Shown: positions 27,224-34,607 of the stretch, in pieces
How positions within the stretch are numbered: the first letter of the stretch is position 1
How the letters are laid out: each line of letters begins with the position of its first letter
Assembly: GCA_964624125.1 (NCBI GenBank)
Contig: CAZVAA010000001.1
Location: forward strand, 1 to 52,278
From: an uncultured Sphaerobacteraceae bacterium
GTDB lineage: Bacteria; Chloroflexota; Chloroflexia; Thermomicrobiales; UBA6265
Direction: 5' to 3'
Length of the DNA stretch: 52,278 nt
Notes under the pieces: generated by a model
Told to the model about the DNA's origin: nothing
The model's input: only the letters and a program-made list of their open reading frames with translations
The model's database searches: none
Position numbers and translations under genes: made by a program

Positions 27224-27805
27224 ATGGAATCCCCCTCCGGCCAGGTTCCCTGCACCTACCATCCGAATGTCATGACCGGCCTGCGCTGCGGTCGATGCGG
27301 AAAGCCGATCTGCTCGCAGGACGCCGTGCGCACCCAGGTCGGGCTGCGGTGCCCGGAATGCTCCGGCACACGACGTCCCGCCTCGATCCGCACCCAGTCT
27401 GACCAGCTCGTGAAAGCGGTCGGCGCCGCAGCACTCGTCGCGATCGTCGTTGCCGTCTTGTGGCGGTTCGCGCCGGACTGGGGTTTCTATCTTTCCCTCG
27501 CCCTCGGGTTCGGTGTTGTCGAGACGATCGCCAGGCTGACCGGCAACAAGCGCGGCCAGGATCTCCAGCTCATCGCGATCGCCATCGTCACCGGCGGCAT
27601 CCTGCTCAGCCGCTTTCTGCTTGCCCAGCGATTTGGCATCAGCTTCGGCGACCTGAACACGCTTGACGCTGTCGTCTGGAGCGAGGAAGTCCGTCAAACC
27701 TATGGCGGCCCGCGTTCAGTCGCGAACCTGCTCCGCATCCAGGCCGTGCCAGACCTTGTCTACCTGGCGCTCGCCTACGCGATTGCCTGGATTCGGTTCC
27801 GTTGA
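27224..27805 (+). CDS. Zinc-ribbon (CxxC...CxxC) N-terminal domain fused to a polytopic membrane domain, unknown function
   Basis: CTYHPNVMTGLRCGRCGKPICSQDAVRTQVGLRCPECSG followed by about 4 hydrophobic helices. The stop overlaps the murJ TTG start (TTGA). Confidence 0.6.
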   Translation: MESPSGQVPCTYHPNVMTGLRCGRCGKPICSQDAVRTQVGLRCPECSGTRRPASIRTQSDQLVKAVGAAALVAIVVAVLWRFAPDWGFYLSLALGFGVVETIARLTGNKRGQDLQLIAIAIVTGGILLSRFLLAQRFGISFGDLNTLDAVVWSEEVRQTYGGPRSVANLLRIQAVPDLVYLALAYAIAWIRFR

Positions 27806-29427
27806 GCGGTAGTTCCACCGATCCAACCCGATCATCGGCCCGGGGCGGTATTGCGCTCGCCGCGATGATCCTCATGCTCGGGAATATCCTCAGTCGTGTC
27901 CTGGGGCTCGTTCGCGAGCAGCTCGCCGCCGGGCTATTCGGTACTGGCAACGAGATCGCCGCGTTCACCGTCGCCGACAACATCCAGACGCTGCTCTTCG
28001 ATTTGCTGGCGAGCGGTGCGCTCCAGGCCGCGCTGATCCCCGTGCTCGCGCAATGGGCCGCGCCGGAAGCCGGAAGCCGGGACGAACTGCGACGCATCGG
28101 CGGTACCCTCGTCACGGGCGCTGTGGTCGTTGTTGGCGCGATGGTCGTCCTCGGAATGATCTTTGCCCCAACCGTCGTCGACGGATTGGTGCTGATCTCC
28201 GGCGACACCGAGGCTCGTGGCGAGGAGACGATCGACCTCACCATCCATCTCGTCCGCATCGTCCTCCCGGCGGCGCTCCTGCTCACCATCGGCACCGTGC
28301 TGCAGGCGATCCTCTATGCGATCGAGCGGGTGACCGCTCCCGCGCTCTCGACCGCCGTCCGTAACCTGATGATCGTCCTGTTTACGGCGATGTTCGGGTC
28401 CCTCTGGGGCGTCGAGGCGATGGCATGGGGCACCCTCGCGGGGGCCGGGGCGATCGTCCTGATCCAGATCCCGCCGCTGATCCGCCATGGCGTGATGCCC
28501 CGGCCCAGCTTCGACTACAAGCACCCCGCGCTGCGCCAGATGGGCCTGCTGTACATCCCTGTCTTCCTCGGATTGCTCGTCAATACCGTCGCGGTGATCG
28601 TGGATCGCGGTCTCGCGTGGGGAGCAGGTGAGGATGCCATCGGCGCCATGCGCTACGCGACAACGCTGGTGCAACTGACCCTCGGGATCGTGGCCGCCGC
28701 GATCTCGCTGGCCGCCCTGCCGACCTTGTCGCGTCACTTCCAGTCACGCGATACCGTCGCCTATCGCACCACGCTTGGCCGGGCGCTTGTGATGGTCACC
28801 GTGATGATCTTCCCGGCGACCTTCGGGCTGGCCGCCCTCTCGCAGCCGATCTCGGAACTGCTGTTTGGCTATGGCGCGACCGGAGATGAGGGCCTCCGTC
28901 AAATCTCGATGGCGCTTCTCGGCTACCTGCCAGGCACCCTGATGGCCGCCTACGACCAGGTCCTGATCTTTGCCTTCTACGCGCGCCAGAACACCCGCCT
29001 GCCGGTCGCGATCGGCGTCGCGGCGGTGCTCGTGTACTTCGTCGTCGCCTTTTCGCTGGTCGACGCCCTTGGCATGATGGGACTTGTCCTCGCGAACTCC
29101 GCCCAGTTCATCGCCCACACGCTGACCATTTTCTGGTTCGCCCGCCGCCACTTCGGCTGGTTGCCATCACCCCGTCTCAGTTACCTCGTGCCGCGTTGCG
29201 CCCTCGCGGCCGGCGTTGCGGCCGTCGGCGCTTTCGCCCTCTGGTTCGGCCTGGCGGAGGTGTCGCCGGAGGCCACCGGAGCAGCGGACGTTCTCCTCCG
29301 GTTCGCGCTCGTCAGCATCCCAGGAGTCCTCTTCGCGAGCATCTACGTTCCGTGGGTCATGCGTCTCTGCCCGAACGAGGTCGCGCTCATAAGGAACGCC
29401 ATCGCAGCGCGGATCCCGGGCCGATAG
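27802..29427 (+). CDS. murJ: Lipid II flippase MurJ (MviN family)
   Basis: 541 aa, about 14 TM. N-terminal GNILSRVLGLVREQLAAGLFGTGNEIAAFTVADNIQTLLFDLLASGALQAALIPVL is the canonical MurJ opening. Confidence 0.9.
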   Translation: MSGSSTDPTRSSARGGIALAAMILMLGNILSRVLGLVREQLAAGLFGTGNEIAAFTVADNIQTLLFDLLASGALQAALIPVLAQWAAPEAGSRDELRRIGGTLVTGAVVVVGAMVVLGMIFAPTVVDGLVLISGDTEARGEETIDLTIHLVRIVLPAALLLTIGTVLQAILYAIERVTAPALSTAVRNLMIVLFTAMFGSLWGVEAMAWGTLAGAGAIVLIQIPPLIRHGVMPRPSFDYKHPALRQMGLLYIPVFLGLLVNTVAVIVDRGLAWGAGEDAIGAMRYATTLVQLTLGIVAAAISLAALPTLSRHFQSRDTVAYRTTLGRALVMVTVMIFPATFGLAALSQPISELLFGYGATGDEGLRQISMALLGYLPGTLMAAYDQVLIFAFYARQNTRLPVAIGVAAVLVYFVVAFSLVDALGMMGLVLANSAQFIAHTLTIFWFARRHFGWLPSPRLSYLVPRCALAAGVAAVGAFALWFGLAEVSPEATGAADVLLRFALVSIPGVLFASIYVPWVMRLCPNEVALIRNAIAARIPGR

Positions 29428-29456
29428 CGGTCGGGATCCGCATGCAGGGACCCTGA

Positions 29457-30650
29457 TCAGTGCCGCTGCCCAATCCACGGCTCGGCGATGCGGTATGCCT
29501 CGTTCCAGACTGTCCGGATCGCCACGTCATGCTCGCGGGCGATCTCCACGCAATCGTCGTATTCCGGCATGGCGTCGATCACCCGGCCGTTCCATATGCG
29601 CAGTTTCACCCGCACATCTCCCCACCGGGTCGTCGCGTTCTGGATGTGGCGAGCGGTTTTCGTCCGCTCGATCGGTATCGCCCGTACGCCGAGCGTCGAC
29701 GTGTTCTCGATGAGCACCGACTCCAGTTCCTGTCGCCGGGAAACAGGCGCGAGCACGCTCATCTGGACCGCCGGCCGGCCCTTCTTCATCGTGATGGGGG
29801 TCGTCCATACGTCCAGTGCGCCGCGCGCGAAGAGCCGTTCCGTCGCCAGCTCGATGAACTGCGGGTTCATGTCGTCGATATTCGTCTCAAGCAGGATCTC
29901 GCCGTCAGCCGGGCCATCGTCGTCGACCTCACCGATCCACACCCGTAGCGCGTTCGGCCATGGCAGCTCCTTCTGGCCGAAGCCGTACCCGATCGCGGTG
30001 GGGGAGAAGGACGGTTGCCCGAACGTCGCCATCGTCGTCAGGATCGCCGCGCCGGTTGGCGTGAGCAATTCTGCCGGCGTCTCCGCGATCAGCGGCGTCG
30101 GCTTGGCGACCGGGGCGTTTGCCTGCGCCACCAGCTCCAGCGTCGCCGGCGCGGGCACCGGGATCGTCCCGTGGGCGCTGTTGGCGAAGCCGTGGCCCAT
30201 CTGCAACGGACCACACATCACCGCGTCGATCCCGAGTAGCGAGAATCCGATGCAGGCGCCACAGATATCCACGATCGCATCGACCCCGCCGACCTCATGG
30301 AAGTGGACATGGTCGATCGTTGTCTCGTGAATCTTCGCCTCCGCGATCGCCAGTCGCTCGAAGATTTGAAGCGCGGCTGACCTGACGTCCGCATCAAGAC
30401 TGGACTCCTCGATCAGCACCCGGATATCGCCCCACGTTCGCGAATGGACATCCTCCGTCACATCGACGTGAACCCGTGTGCCGTGAATGCCATGCTGCCC
30501 GGCTCGATCCTTGCGAAGGGTGTACCCTCCGATCTCGATCTTGCTCAGCTCCGTCGAAAGATCGGCGACGGAAAGGCCGGCATCGACCAGCGCGCCAAGG
30601 ATCATGTCGCCACTGGCGCCGGAATACGGATCGAAATACGCGATTTTCAT
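29457..30650 (-). CDS. larC: Nickel-pincer cofactor biosynthesis protein LarC (DUF111 nickel insertion protein)
   Basis: Track ORF 29457-30674, trimmed to MKIAYFDPYSGASGDMILGALVDAGL, the LarC N-terminal signature. Also HFHEVGGVDAIVDI. Confidence 0.85.
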   Translation of the reverse strand: MKIAYFDPYSGASGDMILGALVDAGLSVADLSTELSKIEIGGYTLRKDRAGQHGIHGTRVHVDVTEDVHSRTWGDIRVLIEESSLDADVRSAALQIFERLAIAEAKIHETTIDHVHFHEVGGVDAIVDICGACIGFSLLGIDAVMCGPLQMGHGFANSAHGTIPVPAPATLELVAQANAPVAKPTPLIAETPAELLTPTGAAILTTMATFGQPSFSPTAIGYGFGQKELPWPNALRVWIGEVDDDGPADGEILLETNIDDMNPQFIELATERLFARGALDVWTTPITMKKGRPAVQMSVLAPVSRRQELESVLIENTSTLGVRAIPIERTKTARHIQNATTRWGDVRVKLRIWNGRVIDAMPEYDDCVEIAREHDVAIRTVWNEAYRIAEPWIGQRH

Positions 30651-30819
30651 GAACGGAAGCCTCCGGTCTGGCACTCGTATCGTAGGACGGCAAATCTACC
30701 GGTGATCACCCTCACCGGATGTCTATACCTTCGGATACACTTGACCCACAGCATACCCGTGGATCGCCTGTTTCCCCAGACGTCTCGCAAGCGGTCACGA
30801 GGTATGGAGGAGTTTCGGT

Positions 30820-31191
30820 ATGAGTTTCAACGCATATTCACCTCCGGGTTGGTGGGATCGCACGCGCATGCTGCGATATGCCTTCGCCGTCGGTCTCGTC
30901 CTCGGCATCGGGATGGGGTGGTTCTTCCACGGCATCATCTCGATGATGTTCCGCTTCGGGCTGGTCTTCCTGTTGCTGCTGCCCCTGGCGCTGCTCGCCT
31001 TCATGTGGTGGCGGTCGAGCCGGGAACGGAACCGCATGCAGACCTCGATGACCGTTGTCCGCTGGGGCAACACGCCATTCAGCCAGTACCCGGGCAACGA
31101 TATGGCGGCCGGTCCGCTCGGGAACGTCCGCTACGACAACGACGATGTCGTCAATGCCGACGATGTTCCATACCAGGAGCCTCGTCGCTGA
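30820..31191 (+). CDS. Hypothetical small membrane protein (123 aa)
   Basis: GGAGGAG about 8 nt upstream of the ATG. Two hydrophobic helices (AFAVGLVLGIGMGWFFHGIISMMFRFGLVFLLLLPLALLAFMWW) followed by a soluble tail. Confidence 0.5.
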   Translation: MSFNAYSPPGWWDRTRMLRYAFAVGLVLGIGMGWFFHGIISMMFRFGLVFLLLLPLALLAFMWWRSSRERNRMQTSMTVVRWGNTPFSQYPGNDMAAGPLGNVRYDNDDVVNADDVPYQEPRR

Positions 31192-31217
31192 TTCTTTTTC
31201 TCGAACTACTGGTTGTG

Positions 31218-31958
31218 ATGTTCGCCGTCGGCGTCCTCATCGGCTTTATCGGGGCCGGAGGCGCCGGCGTTACTGTGTCCCTCCTGACCGTTGCGTTTGG
31301 CCTCTCCATTCACACGGCCGTCGGCACCGCCCTCGCCGCGATGCTCTTCACCACGATCTCCGGCTCCATCTCGCATTTCCGTGAGGGCAACATCTCGATC
31401 GCCCCGGGGGTGGTGATCGGTGTCGCCGGCATGACGGGCGCTGCGATCGGCGCCGACCTCAGCCAGAACATCCCCGAACACATCCTCCAGCCCGCCGCCG
31501 GCTTCGCTCTCTGGTTCCTCGCGTTCCTGGTCTGGCTGCGCCTGCGCCTGCGGAGTCGCCTTCGACATATCAGTGAAGACGAGCCACGGCCACCATTGAC
31601 CCGTGCCCAGTACGCGGGCGGCACCGGCGTCGGCGTCATGGGCGGGATGGCCTCGGCCTTCTTCGGGGTAGGCATGGCGCCCTTTGTCCAGCTCGGGCTG
31701 CTGACCGTCATGCGCCTGCCGCTGATCAAGTCTGTCGGCACCACCATGCTGGCGCTCTCCTTCATCAGCCTCAGCGGAAGCCTCGCGCTGGCGCGGCACG
31801 GCGATGTTTCCTTCATCCACCTCGCCGGAGTGGTCGCTGGCATGACCTCCGGCTCCTACGTCGGCGCCAAGTTCACGCGCCGAGCCCCGATCGGCGTCCT
31901 CCGCGTGGCCGTCGTCGCGACGCCGTTCATTGGCGGAATCCCGCTGATCTTTTTCTGA
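31218..31958 (+). CDS. TauE/SafE (DUF81) family anion exporter
   Basis: Only the last ~247 aa of the 504-aa track ORF look real: MFAVGVLIGFIGAGGAGVTVSLLTV...TTISGSISHFREGNI.... The start is uncertain (GTG 31215, ATG 31218, or a non-canonical start a few codons upstream). Confidence 0.8.
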   Translation: MFAVGVLIGFIGAGGAGVTVSLLTVAFGLSIHTAVGTALAAMLFTTISGSISHFREGNISIAPGVVIGVAGMTGAAIGADLSQNIPEHILQPAAGFALWFLAFLVWLRLRLRSRLRHISEDEPRPPLTRAQYAGGTGVGVMGGMASAFFGVGMAPFVQLGLLTVMRLPLIKSVGTTMLALSFISLSGSLALARHGDVSFIHLAGVVAGMTSGSYVGAKFTRRAPIGVLRVAVVATPFIGGIPLIFF

Positions 31959-32073
31959 TCGGGCAGTCCTGCCCCTCTACTGGTCACAATCGGTACAATA
32001 GAAGGAGTCGGGCGACGTTTGTACATGAAAGCCGCCCCGAACACGGTTCAAAATGCACGAAGGATCGCAATCC

Positions 32074-32385
32074 ATGGCAGTAGAGTTCAACAAGGATGAT
32101 GTCTTCGAGGGCCTGAAGAATGTCTACGACCCCGAAATCGGGATTAATGTCGTTGACCTCGGCCTCGTCTACGACGCAGATATCGACGACACGGGCGACG
32201 TGCTCGTGACCATGACCCTGACATCGCTGGGGTGCCCGCTTGGGCCGGTGATCATGCAGGAAGTCAACAACGCGCTGAAGGACCTTCCCGGCATCGGGGA
32301 TACCGATGTCAAGCTCGTCTGGAGTCCGCCCTGGACGCCGGAGATGATGAGCGAAGAGGCGAAGGACGAGCTCGGCATCTGGTAA
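32074..32385 (+). CDS. DUF59 / SufT-like Fe-S cluster assembly factor
   Basis: VYDPEIGINVVDLGLVYD...VTMTLTSLGCPLGPVI...VKLVWSPPWTPEMMSEEAK. ATG 32074 has GAAGGA 8 nt upstream. Confidence 0.8.
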   Translation: MAVEFNKDDVFEGLKNVYDPEIGINVVDLGLVYDADIDDTGDVLVTMTLTSLGCPLGPVIMQEVNNALKDLPGIGDTDVKLVWSPPWTPEMMSEEAKDELGIW

Positions 32386-32394
32386 GGAAACGCC

Positions 32395-32440
32395 GGTGAC
32401 AGGTCCGCGACGCTGTGAGGCGAATCGCGGACCTGTCACC
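32395..32440. other. Perfect 16-bp hairpin without a U-tract
   Basis: GGTGACAGGTCCGCGA (32395-32410), a 14-nt loop, then TCGCGGACCTGTCACC (32425-32440), 10 nt after the SufT-like stop. Confidence 0.5.
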
Positions 32441-32499
32441 GCGTAACGCCAGTCCGTGACCGTGACACGACGTGTTCAGGGAGTCGGAGACCCAGCCTG

Positions 32500-33444
32500 A
32501 TGAAACAAAACCGGGTAGCCTCGCTCCTTGTCCTCCTCATCACCATCATCGTCGTTGCAACGTGGGACAACACCCTGAGCCGGTCATTCGTCGACGAGCC
32601 GGAAGAGGCTCCCACACAAGTCGCGGAAGCTCCCTCCGGCACCTCCGCCGAGACGCCTCCCAATTCCGTTCTCGACCCGGTCGTCACCTCGACGGCGGTT
32701 CCCCAGCCGACAGATCCTCCTACCCCGGTGCCGACGATCGAGCCCACTCCGGAACCCACAGCCGAGCCTGAGGAAACCCCACGACCTCCCGCACCCGAAA
32801 ACGCATCAAGCCAGTCTTATATGATCCAGCGCGGAGAATCCGATCGCGTTGAGGTCGCCCTCACGTTCGATGCTGGTGAGGGTGTCGGTTACACGGAGGA
32901 AATCCTCGACCTCCTCGCCGAGTACGATATCCGGGCCAGTTTCGGCCTGACTGGTGAATGGGTGCGGGAGCATCCCGAGCTCACCCGGCGCATCATCGAA
33001 GAGGGGCACCATGTCATCAACCACAGCGAGACCCACGCATCGTGGACGGGGCTCTCCACGTCGGTTGATCCCCTGACCGAAGCCGAGCGCATCTCCGAGC
33101 TTGAAACGCCCGAGGCTGCCGTGCTCGATGTGGCTGGCTACGAGACGAAGCCGTATTACCGCCCGCCCTATGGCGATATGGATCCCGAGGGTCTGACTCT
33201 CCTCAAGGATCAGGGCTACGACTACACCGCCATGTGGAGCTGCGACACCCTTGCATGGATGGGAGACGCCCCGGATGTCATCGCCGAGCGCTGTCACCCT
33301 GATTCCGAAGGCGGCGGCCCTGGCGCCATCATCCTCATGCATGTCGCCCAGGAAAACGACTGGCTGGCGCTCGAGCAGATCATCACCGACTATGCCGCTG
33401 CCGGCTACGACTTCGTCACCATCGAGCAGATGATCCAGCCGTAG
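32500..33444 (+). CDS. Polysaccharide deacetylase (NodB homology domain) with an N-terminal anchor and Pro-rich linker
   Basis: VALTFDAGEG...ASFGLTGEWV...GHHVINHSETH...RPPYGD, which are NodB motifs. N-terminal TM LLVLLITIIVVA and linker PQPTDPPTPVPTIEPTPEPTAEPEETPRPP. Confidence 0.85.
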   Translation: MKQNRVASLLVLLITIIVVATWDNTLSRSFVDEPEEAPTQVAEAPSGTSAETPPNSVLDPVVTSTAVPQPTDPPTPVPTIEPTPEPTAEPEETPRPPAPENASSQSYMIQRGESDRVEVALTFDAGEGVGYTEEILDLLAEYDIRASFGLTGEWVREHPELTRRIIEEGHHVINHSETHASWTGLSTSVDPLTEAERISELETPEAAVLDVAGYETKPYYRPPYGDMDPEGLTLLKDQGYDYTAMWSCDTLAWMGDAPDVIAERCHPDSEGGGPGAIILMHVAQENDWLALEQIITDYAAAGYDFVTIEQMIQP

Positions 33445-33493
33445 CGGATGCGCATGATCTCCTCCGCCAGGCTGCAGTGACCAAACCTGGACG

Positions 33494-34315
33494 CTACTGG
33501 TTCGCGTGGCTCTTGAGGAATGGCACCGCAGCATCAAGGAACGCCTGCTTCGTCTCTCCCCGGTGCAGCGTATGTCCCGCGCCGGGAATTCGCACCGTGC
33601 GGGCGTTTGCCAGTCGTGTCTCCAGCGCCGCGATGTCGTCCGGGTGCACCATGCCACCCGCCTCGAGGTCACCATGCACCAGCAATACCGGTGAGATGAT
33701 GCCCTCGATCTCCCGGATTCGGTCTACGCCGTGGTTGGCCATGGATTCCGCCATCGATTCCTCGAATACCGCCCGCTTCGTGTTCACCATCGACCACGCC
33801 CGCGACTCCGCGATCTCCCGGGGCAGGTCGGGCTGCTCGCTCAGGTTGTACGCAACGAGTTCTTCGTAGGGCATCGCATTCATCTTCAGCCAGCCCTCGA
33901 AGGCAGGGCGGAAGTCCTCCCCGCTCCGCAGGGGAGAGTCCTCGATCACCATCGCCGCCGCCTGGTCCGGATGTTTCGCCGCCCACCAGAGCGTGATGAT
34001 CCCGCCCAGCGAGTGCCCCATGATGAGCGGGCGCTCCCAATCCAGGGCCGTGAACAGGCGCTCCAGATCCCCGATGTAGTCCTCATAGCCGTAGCCGGAC
34101 TCCGGCTTGCCAGATCGCCCGTGGCCGCGCAAGTCAAGCGCGATCGGGGAGAAATCCTTCGCGAGGTCGTCGATCACCGGGTCCCAGCCGCTTCCACTGC
34201 TGCTGATTCCATGGATAAGGAGCAGGCGCGGTCCATTGCCGTCGTAGCTCGTGATATTGAGGGATATCTGGTCGAGTTCGAGCAATTCGGAGCGGGATGG
34301 CGTCGAGACGGGCAT
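33494..34315 (-). CDS. Alpha/beta-fold hydrolase
   Basis: Track ORF trimmed to ATG 34315 with GGAGG upstream. LLLIHGISSSGSGW (oxyanion region) and IMGHSLGG (nucleophile elbow). Confidence 0.8.
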   Translation of the reverse strand: MPVSTPSRSELLELDQISLNITSYDGNGPRLLLIHGISSSGSGWDPVIDDLAKDFSPIALDLRGHGRSGKPESGYGYEDYIGDLERLFTALDWERPLIMGHSLGGIITLWWAAKHPDQAAAMVIEDSPLRSGEDFRPAFEGWLKMNAMPYEELVAYNLSEQPDLPREIAESRAWSMVNTKRAVFEESMAESMANHGVDRIREIEGIISPVLLVHGDLEAGGMVHPDDIAALETRLANARTVRIPGAGHTLHRGETKQAFLDAAVPFLKSHANQ

Positions 34316-34607
34316 GGATAAGGACCTCCGGTAGCGCAAGGGGTAGGGAATTTCCGGACACGACATGCGGGGTAAGCCCTCCGCGATGCCATGAACCCTG
34401 ACAGTTTATGAAGTTCGTCCGGCTACGCGCTACAATGCCTTTGTTGTTATGGCGCGGAGTATGCGTGAGTATCGGCATACTTGTGCTTCGGCACGCGTTC
34501 AGCATTGCATGCGCGAAGGTTCGCTTCGAGGATCTCCACCACCGGAAAGCGGCCAATTGCAATCTCATATTGCTGGTGGACCAGGGTAACGGGAGGCAAC
34601 AGCCGGT

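Noticed and set aside
30444-31217. 5' two-thirds of the 504-aa ORF ending as the TauE/SafE gene
   Set aside because: It runs antisense through larC and across the 30820-31191 gene. The composition is His/Arg/Pro-rich. The transporter homology begins only near 31215.
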